Shown here: piece by piece, positions 14,598 through 26,171 of the stretch
Position numbering within the stretch: position 1 is the first letter of the stretch
How the letters are laid out: every line of letters starts with the position of its first letter
NCBI GenBank assembly: GCA_041613315.1
Contig: JBFJHJ010000019.1
Coordinates: 1 to 58,470, forward strand
Direction of reading: 5' to 3'
Origin: Gemmatimonadales bacterium
GTDB lineage: Bacteria > Gemmatimonadota > Gemmatimonadetes > Gemmatimonadales > GWC2-71-9
DNA length: 58,470 bases
The notes under the pieces: model-generated
Databases searched by the model: none
What the model was told of the DNA's origin: nothing
Seen by the model: only the letters and a program-made list of their open reading frames with translations
Translations under genes and position numbers: made by a program

Positions 14598-14616
14598 GGT
14601 CCCCGGATCCCCCCCC

Positions 14617-14750
14617 GGCGGACAGCCGGTAAGGCCGTAGGTCGGTAAGGCGGTCGGGGGTCGGGCTGCGAGCGTCGTTCCTCCCTGCTCGCTGGGGGGC
14701 CTCACCGGCCTACCCCCCTGTCTGCCTTTCGGCCCTTCCGCCTGTCCGCC
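14617..14750. repeat. Inverted octamer tandem-repeat element (GGCGGTAA-like units followed by reverse-complement units)
   Basis: GGCGGACA GCCGGTAA GGCCGTAG GTCGGTAA GGCGGTCG ... TGTCTGCC TTTCGGCC CTTCCGCC TGTCCGCC; intergenic between secA and radC. Confidence 0.7.
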
Positions 14751-14817
14751 CGTTTCCGCGACCCCGGTGCGGCGCTTCGGTAACGCCTCGCTGCGTGAGG
14801 GGTCCGAACGTTTCCCG

Positions 14818-15504
14818 ATGCCCGCCCTGCGCCTGTCCGACACCGGCCCCGACGAGCGGCCCCGGGAGCGGCTCGATTCCCTGGGCCCCGCTGCGTTGAC
14901 GGTTGTCGAGCTCTTAGCGATTGTGATAGGGACGGGTTCGGTGCGGGGGGACGCCCTGGCCCTGGCCCGCGACGTGCTCGGGGTAGCGCGCGGTTCGCTC
15001 AGGCGGCTGACCGGCCGGCCAGCGGCCGAGTTGGCCGGGCTCCCCGGAATGGGTCGTGCCAAGGCCGCCCGGGTCGTGGCGGCGCTCGAGTTGGGGCGGC
15101 GGCTCGGCGTCGAGCGCCGTAGCGTCCGGAGCGCCGTCCGCTCGCCGGCGGATGTGTTCCGGCACTGCGGCCCCGCCTTGGGCGACCTCCCGGTGGAGGA
15201 ATTCCACGTCCTGACGCTGGATGCCCAACACCGGATCACGCGCGATCGCCTCGTGACCCGCGGGATCCTGACCAGCTCGCTGGTGCATCCGCGCGAGGTC
15301 TTCCGAACGGCGATTGCCGAGGCCGCCGCGGGGGTCATCGTGGTCCACAACCACCCGAGCGGCACCCCCGCGCCGTCGACCGACGACCGAGCCGTGACGC
15401 GCCAGCTCGTCGAGGCGGGCCGGCTCTTGGACATCCCGGTCTACGATCACGTCATCGTAGGCGGGGATCAGTACTTCAGCTTCGCGGAGGCGGGACTGCT
15501 GTGA
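14818..15504 (+). CDS. radC: RadC/JAB-domain protein (UPF0758)
   Basis: RPRERL, ELLAIVIGTG, VHPREVFR, HNHPSG, DHVIVG. Confidence 0.92.
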   Translation: MPALRLSDTGPDERPRERLDSLGPAALTVVELLAIVIGTGSVRGDALALARDVLGVARGSLRRLTGRPAAELAGLPGMGRAKAARVVAALELGRRLGVERRSVRSAVRSPADVFRHCGPALGDLPVEEFHVLTLDAQHRITRDRLVTRGILTSSLVHPREVFRTAIAEAAAGVIVVHNHPSGTPAPSTDDRAVTRQLVEAGRLLDIPVYDHVIVGGDQYFSFAEAGLL

Positions 15505-17684
15505 CCGGCGCGCTGACCGCTATGGATACGGCGTTTGCCCGAGCCCTGGCCGAGCGGAAGGACCGGCTCGACTTGGAGCTCATCGAGCGCGCCTTCGCCT
15601 TCAGCACGTCCGCTCACCGGGGCCAGAAGCGGCTCTCCGGTGAGGACTTCGTCTCCCATTCCGTCGAAGTCGCGCGGATCCTGGTCGACCAGCATCTCGA
15701 CTCGGTCACCATCGCGGCGGCGTTGCTGCACGACGTGGCGGAGGACGCGGACATCACGGTCGGCGCGATCCGCGAGGGGTTCGGGCAGGAAGTCGCGGAT
15801 ATCGTGGACGGGCTCACCAAGATCGCGAGCCTCACCTTCCGCTCTGCGGCGGAAGAGCAGAGCGAGAACTACCGCAAGCTGTTGCTCTCCATGGCCCGCG
15901 ATGCCCGCGTCATCATCGTGAAGCTGGCCGACCGGCTCCACAACATGCGAACGCTCGAGCATCTGCCCCGCGAGCGGCAAGAGAGCATCGCGCTCGAGAC
16001 GCGCGAGATCTACGCGCCGCTGGCGCACCGCTTCGGCATGGCGGGGATCAAGGCCGAGCTCGAGGATCTCTCGCTCAAGTTCTTGGAGGCTGAGGAGTAC
16101 CGAGCGCTGGCGGAGAACGTGCAGGCCAGCCGCGAAGAGCGCGAGGAGATGATCGAGCGGTTGCGCGTGCCGCTTGAGGAGGCGCTGCGCGACGCCGGCA
16201 TCGCGAACTTCGAGGTGACCGGTCGGCCGAAGCACCTGTGGTCCATCTACCGCAAGATGCGGCAGCGCGGCCGGCCGTTCGAGGAGATCTACGACCTCAT
16301 GGCGTTTCGCGTGATCGTCGGTTCCGTGCAGGACTGCTATCACGCACTGGGCGTGATCCATCATAACTGGACGCCGCTCCAGGAGCGGATCAAGGACTAC
16401 ATCGCCAGTCCGAAGTCGAACGGTTACCAGTCGCTTCACACGACGATCTTCGGACCCGGCGCGCAGCTCTACGAGATCCAGATCCGCACGCGCGAGATGC
16501 ACCGCACGGCGGAGTTCGGGATCGCGGCGCATTGGGTGTACAAGGAAGAGAAGCGGCGCGACGAGCTCGATCAGCGGTTCGAGTGGTTTCGCCAGCTCCT
16601 CGAGCTACAGCAGGATACGCACACCGCCGAGGAATTCCTTGAATTCCTGAAGATCGACCTCTACCAGGACGAGATTTTCGTGTTCACGCCGAAGGGCGAC
16701 GTGAAGCGACTCCCCAAGGGCGCCACGCCGATCGATTTCGCCTTCGCGGTCCACACCGAGGTCGGGCTTCGCTGTCAGGGATCGCGGGTGAACGGGCGGA
16801 TCGCGCCGCTCCACCGCGAGCTGACTAACGGCGATACGGTCGAAATCCTCACCGGTCCGACCGCCCGCCCCAGCAAGGACTGGCTCAACCACGTGCGGAC
16901 CGCCCGGGCCCGGCACAAGGTGCGGCAGTGGATCAAGCAGGAGGAGGCCGAGCTCAGCGCCGCCCTGGGCCGGGAAATTCTCGAGCGGGAGACGCGCCGC
17001 CGCCGGCTCGAGATGCCGGACGACGAGACGCTCCTGCAGGCGGCGCGGCGGCTCTCCGTGGCCACCGCGGAGAACCTCTACCAGGGGCTCGGGCGGGGCG
17101 ACACGCCGATCGGCCAGGTGATCCGCGCGCTCTTCCCGGACCGTCCCCCCGAAGAGACGCAGGCGCCTAAGCCCACGGCGTTCGGTCGCGTGATCGACCG
17201 CATCCGATTGGGCCGGGGTGTCCGGGTGCACGGCATCGACGGCCTCATGGTGCGCTACGCGCAGTGCTGCCAGCCCGTGCCGGGCGACCCCGTGGTGGGC
17301 TACGTCACGAAGGGCCGCGGCATCTCGATCCACCGCGCCGATTGCCCCAACCTGCTGGGGATGTCCGACGAGCCCGAGCGCCGTGTCGAGATCGACTGGC
17401 AGGCCATGGAAGGCGAGGTCTTCGTCGTGTGCCTGGCGGTGAGTGGTGAGGACCGCCGCGGCTTGTATGCGGACCTCATGGAGGCGATCTCCCAGACGGG
17501 GACGAACATTCGCAGCACCCAACTGACGAGCAAGGATGCCGCAATGTTCGGCTCGGTGTTCGTCGAGGTCGAGAACCATACGCATCTCGCCAAGGTGATC
17601 CGGACGATGCGACGCGTGCGCGGCGTCGCCGCCGTCGAGCGGCGCGAGCCGGTGGTTCAACCGGAGGCCCAGGGCGAGCAGTGA
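15501..17684 (+). CDS. relA: Bifunctional (p)ppGpp synthetase/hydrolase, RelA/SpoT family
   Basis: HD motif LLHDVAED, KLADRLHNMRTL, PKSNGYQSLHT, TGS (FAFAVHTEVG), CCQPVPGD, C-terminal ACT. Confidence 0.95.
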   Translation: MTGALTAMDTAFARALAERKDRLDLELIERAFAFSTSAHRGQKRLSGEDFVSHSVEVARILVDQHLDSVTIAAALLHDVAEDADITVGAIREGFGQEVADIVDGLTKIASLTFRSAAEEQSENYRKLLLSMARDARVIIVKLADRLHNMRTLEHLPRERQESIALETREIYAPLAHRFGMAGIKAELEDLSLKFLEAEEYRALAENVQASREEREEMIERLRVPLEEALRDAGIANFEVTGRPKHLWSIYRKMRQRGRPFEEIYDLMAFRVIVGSVQDCYHALGVIHHNWTPLQERIKDYIASPKSNGYQSLHTTIFGPGAQLYEIQIRTREMHRTAEFGIAAHWVYKEEKRRDELDQRFEWFRQLLELQQDTHTAEEFLEFLKIDLYQDEIFVFTPKGDVKRLPKGATPIDFAFAVHTEVGLRCQGSRVNGRIAPLHRELTNGDTVEILTGPTARPSKDWLNHVRTARARHKVRQWIKQEEAELSAALGREILERETRRRRLEMPDDETLLQAARRLSVATAENLYQGLGRGDTPIGQVIRALFPDRPPEETQAPKPTAFGRVIDRIRLGRGVRVHGIDGLMVRYAQCCQPVPGDPVVGYVTKGRGISIHRADCPNLLGMSDEPERRVEIDWQAMEGEVFVVCLAVSGEDRRGLYADLMEAISQTGTNIRSTQLTSKDAAMFGSVFVEVENHTHLAKVIRTMRRVRGVAAVERREPVVQPEAQGEQ

Positions 17685-17729
17685 CCGCGCGCGGCCGGGC
17701 CGCCTCCCACCCATGATTGTTGTGTAGCC

Positions 17730-19767
<2,038 letters not shown>

Positions 19768-19775
<8 letters not shown>

Positions 19776-20196
19776 CACGCCCCCGGCTCCTCCCGCCCTC
19801 ACCCTCGCCGCGCTTCAAGAGGCCGCCGCGCGGGTCTGGCGCGAGCTCCCAGCCGGCGCCGTCGTGTGGTTGAGCGGCGACCTGGGTAGCGGCAAGACGG
19901 CGTTCGTGCAGGCCATCGCCGAGGCCGCCGGCGCCGAACGTGCCCGCAGCCCGACTTTTGCACTCGTTCACGAGTATCCGTCGCCTCACGGTCCGCTCGT
20001 ACACGTGGACTGCTACCGCCTCCGGACCCCCGCCGAGGCGGCGGACCTCGATCTGTCCGAGCTTTCGGGGCGGGCGCGGCTGCTGCTCATCGAGTGGCCG
20101 GAGCGCGCCGGCCCCCATGCCCCCGCCGCGGATCTGCATCTCGCCTTTGGCCATGCCGGGCAGCCGGACCGCCGCACCCTGGCGCGGGTGACATGA
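19768..20196 (+). CDS. tsaE: tRNA threonylcarbamoyladenosine biosynthesis ATPase TsaE
   Basis: [34 protein letters not shown]. Confidence 0.92.
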
Positions 20197-20921
20197 GCCT
20201 CACCCTCGCCATCGACACGGCCACCGCGCTGGGGAGCGTCGCCCTTGGCGAGCCGGGCCGGCTCGTCGCCGACATCCGCTTCAGCGAGCGACGGCACGCG
20301 GCCGCGCTCGTGCCGGCCATCGAGCAGGTGCTGCGGATCGCGGGGGCCGACTACGACGCGCTCCACCGCCTCATCGTCGCGGACGGCCCCGGCAGTTTCA
20401 CCGGGATCCGAATTGGGGTCGCGACGGCGAAAGGCATCCTGCAGGCGCGTCCCGCGCTCCCCCTCGCGACCACGCCCTCGATGCTGGGCGCCGCCTTTGC
20501 CGCCAGCGCGTTCCACGCCGGGTCGGTCGCCGTGATGTACGATGCCCTCCGCGGCGACGTGTTCGCGGCGGTCTATACCTTTGGGCCCTGCAGCGTCCAG
20601 ACGGAGCTGGCGCCGGTGCGCACGATCCCGGAGGCGCTGCCGGGCAGGTGCGCCGTGGCCCCCAGCGTGGCCGTGGGGGATGGCGCCGTGGCGTATGCCG
20701 ACCTCGTCCGCCGTTGGACCGGGCGCGATCCCGTGGGGCCGCCCGAGGGGGGCGCATCGGCGGCGGCGCTGCTCGAGCTCCTCGCGCTGCCTGGCGCGGT
20801 CCAGGAGGTGCGTGAGCCCGACGCCTTTGAGCCGGTCTACGGTCGCCTGGCCGAAGCCCAGGCCCGCTGGGAGCGCACGCATGGACGACCCTTACCCGAT
20901 CCGGGTGGCCACGAGCACTGA
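20193..20921 (+). CDS. tsaB: tRNA threonylcarbamoyladenosine biosynthesis protein TsaB
   Basis: LAIDTAT, GPGSFTGIRIG, DALRGDVF, EPVYGR; ATGA overlap with tsaE. Confidence 0.9.
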   Translation: MSLTLAIDTATALGSVALGEPGRLVADIRFSERRHAAALVPAIEQVLRIAGADYDALHRLIVADGPGSFTGIRIGVATAKGILQARPALPLATTPSMLGAAFAASAFHAGSVAVMYDALRGDVFAAVYTFGPCSVQTELAPVRTIPEALPGRCAVAPSVAVGDGAVAYADLVRRWTGRDPVGPPEGGASAAALLELLALPGAVQEVREPDAFEPVYGRLAEAQARWERTHGRPLPDPGGHEH

Positions 20922-21336
20922 TCTCCCGGCCATCGCGGCGATCGAGCGGGCGGTGTTCTCCGATCCGTGGTCGGAGGCCGCCTTCGCCACCGAGCTGGAT
21001 GGTGTGGCGCTCGTCGCCGTGCACGGCGCGCACGTCGTCGGCTACGCGTTCGCGCGGGCGGTGGTGGACGAAGCGGAGCTCCGCAACCTCGCGGTCCATC
21101 CCGAGCACCGTCGCCGCAGCGTGGGGCGGCGGCTACTGGCGGCGGTCACGATGGCGTTGAGCACCGGCGGGGTCCGAACGGTGTATTTGGAGGTGCGCGC
21201 CTCCAACCGGGTGGCCCGGACCTTCTACCGGCGGCTGGGGTTCGCCGAAGTGGGGGTGCGGGCCCGCTACTATCGTCGGCCCGTCGAGGACGCGGTGCTG
21301 ATGGCGCGAGGAGTGGCCGTTTCGGAGGGTGCGTAG
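20881..21336 (+). CDS. rimI: Ribosomal protein S18 alanine N-acetyltransferase
   Basis: IERAVFSDPWS, NLAVHPEHRRR, LEVRASN, RYYRRPVEDA; follows tsaB. Confidence 0.88.
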   Translation: MDDPYPIRVATSTDLPAIAAIERAVFSDPWSEAAFATELDGVALVAVHGAHVVGYAFARAVVDEAELRNLAVHPEHRRRSVGRRLLAAVTMALSTGGVRTVYLEVRASNRVARTFYRRLGFAEVGVRARYYRRPVEDAVLMARGVAVSEGA

Positions 21337-21363
21337 AACGGCCACCAAGTGGCGTATCTTTGG

Positions 21364-21392
21364 TTGACAAAAGGACTTGCGAACCCTATAGT
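21364..21392 (+). promoter_or_regulatory. Sigma70-type promoter of ssb
   Basis: TTGACA (21364-69), 17 bp spacer, TATAGT (21387-92), upstream of the GGAGGT RBS of ssb. Confidence 0.75.
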
Positions 21393-21433
21393 TTGTCCCT
21401 GTCCGGGTCCCCCCCTCTGCGTCTGGAGGTCAC

Positions 21434-21904
21434 GTGAGCCGTAGTCTGAACAAGGTGATGTTGATCGGGAATCTCGGGGCGGATCCGGAGGTCCGGAGCA
21501 CGACCAGCGGGACCCGCGTCGCCACGCTGTCGGTGGCGACGAGTCGGTTTTGGAACAACCAGGCGGGCGAACGGCAGGAAAAGACCGAGTGGCACCGGGT
21601 GGTCTTGTGGAACAACCGGGCGCGGCAGCTCGCCGACGTCGTGGAGAAGTACCTCAAGAAGGGTGATCGGGTCTATATCGAGGGCCGGATCGAATACCGC
21701 ACCTGGGAAGATCGGGAGGGGAAGACCCGCTACACCACCGAGATCAACGCCCGCGAGATGATCATGCTGACGCCACGTGGCGTCGTGGACGAGGCACCGG
21801 TGCGGGCAACGGCCGCCAAGGCGGCGGGGGCGGAGGGACGCTCGGAGTCGTACGAGGATTTTCCGGAGGCGCTCGATGAGGGAGACGACGATCTTCCGTT
21901 TTAG
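21434..21904 (+). CDS. ssb: Single-stranded DNA-binding protein
   Basis: SLNKVMLIGNLGADPE, TEWHRVV, YIEGRI, acidic tail DDDLPF. Confidence 0.97.
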   Translation: MSRSLNKVMLIGNLGADPEVRSTTSGTRVATLSVATSRFWNNQAGERQEKTEWHRVVLWNNRARQLADVVEKYLKKGDRVYIEGRIEYRTWEDREGKTRYTTEINAREMIMLTPRGVVDEAPVRATAAKAAGAEGRSESYEDFPEALDEGDDDLPF

Positions 21905-23087
21905 CCGGGCGGCTGCGCTCTTGCTGGCGCTCGCCGCCGGCGGGGTCGCGCACGCGCAGGAGCGACTCCAGGTTCCGACGAGTGATACGCTGCACGTCGT
22001 TGCAAGGGGCGAGACGCTCTGGGAGCTCGCGGAGCGTTACCTGGGCGACCCGCTGCTGTGGCCCGAGATCTACCGCCTGAACACGCTCGTCGTCGAAGAC
22101 CCCCATTGGATCTTCCCCGGCGAGGAGTTGATGCTCGTCATGGGCGAAGGGATGACCCGTGTCGTCCGGCAGCCTGGCGGCGTGGAGAACCCGCAGGCGG
22201 CGCCAGGCGATACGCTGGGCGACCCCTTCGAGTGGGTGACGCGGCAGCCTGGTGGCGAGGAACCGGGGTTCGATGTTCCGCCTGCGCCGGTGGCGCCGCC
22301 GCCCCCCCCGGCGACCGAGTCGGCCCCGTCCATTTTTGCGCGGTCGGCCCGAGCGGTCCCGAGCGGCCCCAGCATCCGGCTCGGCGAAGAGGCCCTGCGT
22401 TACCGGGCCATCCGGCCGGGCGAGTTCTACGCCGCCGGGTTCCTGACGGAGGGCCAATCGCTTCCCTGGGCGGAGGTCCTGGGTTCCACCGCGCGGCCGG
22501 CCCTCCGCTCGCTGTCCGGGAGTTCGACGGCGCTCATCTTCGGCGAGATCCGTGTGCGGGCGCCCGGCGGGGCGACGTACGCGGTCGGCGATTCGCTGCT
22601 CGTGGTGAGCCTGACGGCCGACGTTGGCCGCGGTTGGGGTCGGGTGGTGATCCCGTCCGGGATCGCCCGCGTCCGCCATGTGGACGATCGCGACGTGCTC
22701 GCGGACGTGGTGCAGCAGTTCGACCGGATCGCCGACGGCCAGTTCGCCATGCCGCTCGAGCCGTTCCGGGACCCCGGCCGGGTCGTGCCGGTGCCCGTCG
22801 AGAACGGGATGATCGGCGAGGTCGTGGTGACGCGTGACCGCAACATCGTGCCCGGCCAGCAAGACATCATGTTCATTGATCGGGGGCGGAACGACGGCGT
22901 CGCCCTGGGCGATCTGTTCGTCGCGCTGCGGCCGAGCGCGCTCGCGAGCGCGCCGCTCGACACCCTGGCGTATCTCCAGATCGTCCACGTGCGTGAGCGG
23001 TCCGCGTCCGCCATGCTGACCTACATCAACGACGCCGGCGTGGGTCCCGGCGTGACGGTACAGCTGTTCCGCAAGATGCCGTCGTAG
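21876..23087 (+). CDS. Exported LysM peptidoglycan-binding protein (TsaP-like architecture)
   Basis: Signal peptide ending AHA-Q; LysM HVVARGETLWELAERYLGDPLLWPEIY...PHWIFPG; Pro-rich linker; C-terminal FIDRGRNDGV. Confidence 0.8.
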   Translation: MRETTIFRFSRAAALLLALAAGGVAHAQERLQVPTSDTLHVVARGETLWELAERYLGDPLLWPEIYRLNTLVVEDPHWIFPGEELMLVMGEGMTRVVRQPGGVENPQAAPGDTLGDPFEWVTRQPGGEEPGFDVPPAPVAPPPPPATESAPSIFARSARAVPSGPSIRLGEEALRYRAIRPGEFYAAGFLTEGQSLPWAEVLGSTARPALRSLSGSSTALIFGEIRVRAPGGATYAVGDSLLVVSLTADVGRGWGRVVIPSGIARVRHVDDRDVLADVVQQFDRIADGQFAMPLEPFRDPGRVVPVPVENGMIGEVVVTRDRNIVPGQQDIMFIDRGRNDGVALGDLFVALRPSALASAPLDTLAYLQIVHVRERSASAMLTYINDAGVGPGVTVQLFRKMPS

Positions 23088-23109
23088 CGGACGGAGGGCG
23101 ACTCGCCGC

Positions 23110-23931
23110 CTGTACACTGAACTCCACTTCCTGAGTCTCCTGCTGTATACCGGGACGGCCGCCGTGGCGGCCGTCCCGCTCTCGGGGCTGGCCCGACGGT
23201 CCGCACCTCGACGCCTGACCCTCGCGACCGCCACCACCGCCGTCGCGGCCCACTTTGCCGCCCTCGTCGTCTACGCGGCGGTTTACCGCCAACTCCCGTT
23301 CACGGGGCTCGCACCGACGCTCTCTTCGTTCGCTTTTCTGGTGGGACTGCTGGCCCTTGCCATGCTGTGGCTGACGGGCGAAGGCGCCCTCGTGCTCATG
23401 GCCGCTCCACTCGTCGTGTGCCCGCTCGCTATCGGCCTGCTCGCGGGCTTTGGCGCACCGCCGTCGGCCGGCGCTCCGCAAGGCGGGTGGTTCTTGCTGC
23501 ACGTCGTCGCCAGCCTGGTGGGGATCGCGTTCCTCGGGGTCGCGTTCGTCGCGGCGGCGCTCTACCTGGCGCAGCACCGCGAACTGAAGGTGCGGCGCTT
23601 CGGCGTTATCTTTCAGTTCGTTCCGCCCCTGGAGCAGCTCGACCGGTTGAATCATCTCGCGCTGCTCGCCGGGTTCCCGTCGCTCACGCTGGGGATCGCG
23701 TTGGCGCTCGCTTTTGGAGCGGTGGCGGGAGGAGCGCCAGCGGCGAGCGCGGCGCACCTCGTGTGGGGGTTTTTGGCGTGGGCGGTCCTGGCCGCCATCG
23801 CGGCCGCGCGGATGCTGGGATGGCTCCGGGGGCGGAAGGCGGCGTTAGCCTCGGTCGGCGGTTTCGCGGCCGTGAGCGTGGCCTTCCTCGTGCTCCAGGC
23901 GGTCACGGCGAGTGGCGCGCGGTTTCTCTGA
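23110..23931 (+). CDS. ccsA: Cytochrome c biogenesis CcsA/HemX-family membrane protein
   Basis: Multiple TM helices, WFLLHV, LYLAQHRELK..F...PPLEQLD; directly upstream of hemA; probable CTG start at 23110 (first GTG is 23164). Confidence 0.75.
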   Translation: MYTELHFLSLLLYTGTAAVAAVPLSGLARRSAPRRLTLATATTAVAAHFAALVVYAAVYRQLPFTGLAPTLSSFAFLVGLLALAMLWLTGEGALVLMAAPLVVCPLAIGLLAGFGAPPSAGAPQGGWFLLHVVASLVGIAFLGVAFVAAALYLAQHRELKVRRFGVIFQFVPPLEQLDRLNHLALLAGFPSLTLGIALALAFGAVAGGAPAASAAHLVWGFLAWAVLAAIAAARMLGWLRGRKAALASVGGFAAVSVAFLVLQAVTASGARFL

Positions 23932-23949
23932 GAGCGTGCACAGATTGTC

Positions 23950-25227
23950 ATGAGCATTAGCGTCATCGGCGTCAGTCACCGGACGGCTCCCATCGAGATC
24001 CGGGAACGCTTGGCGTGGACAGACGCCGAGGTCCCGGAGGTGGCGGCGCGTGCGCGCGACGCTGGCGGGTCGGGGGCGGTGGTTCTCTCGACGTGCAATC
24101 GCACCGAGGTGTACCTGTGCGACGCCGGCCCCGACGCGGTGGCGGCGCTGTGGGACCTCGCCGACGCGCGACTCGGCACGCCGGCGGAGCCCTATGGCTA
24201 CATGCGGCAAGACCGTGACGCGGTGCGGCATTTGTACCGTGTGGCGGCGGGGCTCGATTCGATGATTCTCGGCGAGTCCCAGATCCAGGGACAGGTCCGG
24301 CGCGCCTGGGAACTCACCCGACCGTCCGCTGGACCCGTGCTGAGCCGGCTCTTCCAACTGGCGCTGCGGGTCGGCGGGCTGGTCCGCTCGCGGACGACGC
24401 TCGGCGCGGGCGCGGCATCGGTGCCGTCTGCCAGCGTGGAACTGGCGCGCAAGATCTTTGGCGCGCTGGGCGGACGGCAGGCGCTCGTGCTGGGGACGGG
24501 TGAGGTCGCGGAGTTGGCCCTGGCCTGCCTGACGGGCGACGGGGTGAAGACGGCGCTCGTGGCGCACCGCAACCGCGAGCGCGGCGCCGAGCTGGCGGCG
24601 CGACTGGGCGGACAGGCGATCGGGTACGACGCCGCGTGGTCTCGCTTCGCCGAGGTCGATATCGTCGTATGCTCGACGGCGGCGCCCCACGCCGTGGTCC
24701 GAGCCCACGCGGTGGCGCCGTTTGTGGCCCGCCGGGACGGCCGCCCGCTCTGCATCCTCGACATCGCCGTGCCGCGCGACGTCGATCCCGACGTCGGCCG
24801 GTTGGAGAACGTGTTCCTGTACGATATCGACGACCTGCAGGGCGTCGTCGCCGGTACCCTGGGCAGCCGCCAGCGCGAGATCCCCGAGGCGGAGCGCATC
24901 ATCAGCCGAGAGGTGGAGTTCTTTTGGGAGTGGTACCGGGGTCGGGGCGTCGTGACCACGATCCGCGCGCTCCGGGAACGCATGGAGAGCGTCCGACGCG
25001 ACCAGGTGGCCCGGACGATCCGCCGTCTCGAGCACCTCGGGCCGGAGGACCGCGAGCGCGTGGAGCACCTGAGCCGTGCGCTCATGAACAAGTTCCTGCA
25101 CGGGCTCACGGTGCGCCTGCGCGGCGCGGCCGGAAACGGCAACGAGACCCAGCTCGCCGACGCAGTCCACTATCTGTTCGACCTCGACGTAGCGGGGGAC
25201 GCCACCGACGCGCAGGGAAGCGAATGA
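23950..25227 (+). CDS. hemA: Glutamyl-tRNA reductase
   Basis: GVSHRTAP, LSTCNRTE, GLDSMILGESQI, DIAVPRDV, LYDIDDL. Confidence 0.96.
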   Translation: MSISVIGVSHRTAPIEIRERLAWTDAEVPEVAARARDAGGSGAVVLSTCNRTEVYLCDAGPDAVAALWDLADARLGTPAEPYGYMRQDRDAVRHLYRVAAGLDSMILGESQIQGQVRRAWELTRPSAGPVLSRLFQLALRVGGLVRSRTTLGAGAASVPSASVELARKIFGALGGRQALVLGTGEVAELALACLTGDGVKTALVAHRNRERGAELAARLGGQAIGYDAAWSRFAEVDIVVCSTAAPHAVVRAHAVAPFVARRDGRPLCILDIAVPRDVDPDVGRLENVFLYDIDDLQGVVAGTLGSRQREIPEAERIISREVEFFWEWYRGRGVVTTIRALRERMESVRRDQVARTIRRLEHLGPEDRERVEHLSRALMNKFLHGLTVRLRGAAGNGNETQLADAVHYLFDLDVAGDATDAQGSE

Positions 25228-26171
25228 GCGAGCGGGTGCTCGTGACGGGCGGGGCGGGGTTCATCGGTTCCCACGTGGCCGAGCGCTACCTGGCGGAGGG
25301 CTTCGAGGTGACGGTGCTCGACGACCTGTCACACGGGAAGCGCGAGCACGTCCCGGCCGGGGCCGCCTTCGTGCAGGCCGATGTCGCCTCACCTGAGGCC
25401 CGTGCCCTGCTCGCCGAGGGGGCGTTCACCGTGCTGAACCATCACGCCGCCCAGGCGGACGTCCGTGTGTCGGTCCGTGACCCCGTGTTCGATGCCCAGG
25501 TCAATCTCCTGGGGCTGCTCAACGTGCTCGAGGGCGCCCGCGCGGGCGGCGTGCGCCGCGTGGTCTTCGCGTCGTCGGGCGGGGTCGTGTACGGCGAGGG
25601 GACGCCGCCCTTCGCCGAGGAGGCCGCGAAGCTGCCGGTGTCGCCCTACGGCGTCAGCAAGCTGGGGTCGGAGTACTACTTGGCGGCGTACGCCCAGCTC
25701 TACGACCTCGAGACCGTGGCGCTCCGATACGCGAACGTGTACGGTCCCCGGCAGGATCCGCACGGCGAGGCCGGAGTGGTCGCGATCTTCTGCGACCGCC
25801 TGCGGGCGGGGCAGCCGGTGACCGTATACGGCGACGGAGAACAGACCCGCGATTACGTGCACGTGTCCGACGTCGCCCGCGCCAACCTCGCGGCCACCAC
25901 GTGTGCCGTGCCGCCGCTCGGCGCGATCGACGACGTGGCGTTCAACGTGGGCACCGGGGTGGAAACCAGCGTCAACGCGCTGGTGGCAGGGTTGCGGGAG
26001 GCGACCGGCCGCCCGGTGCCCGTGGACCGGGCGCCCGCGCGGGCGGGCGAACTTGCTCGGAGCGCCGTCCGCATCGCCAAGGCCGCCCGCCTCTGGGGCT
26101 GGGGGCCCACCTGCTCGCTCACGGCGGGGCTCAAACAGACCTATCACTGGGTTGCGGAGGAAGCGGCATGA
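25224..26171 (+). CDS. NAD-dependent epimerase/dehydratase (GalE-like)
   Basis: LVTGGAGFIGSH, HHAAQADVR, YGVSK, RYANVYGPRQDPHGEAGVV. Confidence 0.9.
   Translation: MSERVLVTGGAGFIGSHVAERYLAEGFEVTVLDDLSHGKREHVPAGAAFVQADVASPEARALLAEGAFTVLNHHAAQADVRVSVRDPVFDAQVNLLGLLNVLEGARAGGVRRVVFASSGGVVYGEGTPPFAEEAAKLPVSPYGVSKLGSEYYLAAYAQLYDLETVALRYANVYGPRQDPHGEAGVVAIFCDRLRAGQPVTVYGDGEQTRDYVHVSDVARANLAATTCAVPPLGAIDDVAFNVGTGVETSVNALVAGLREATGRPVPVDRAPARAGELARSAVRIAKAARLWGWGPTCSLTAGLKQTYHWVAEEAA

Noticed and set aside
14818..15504. radC as a marker of a mobile element
   Set aside because: Full-length chromosomal type coupled to relA/spoT; no integrase or transposase nearby.
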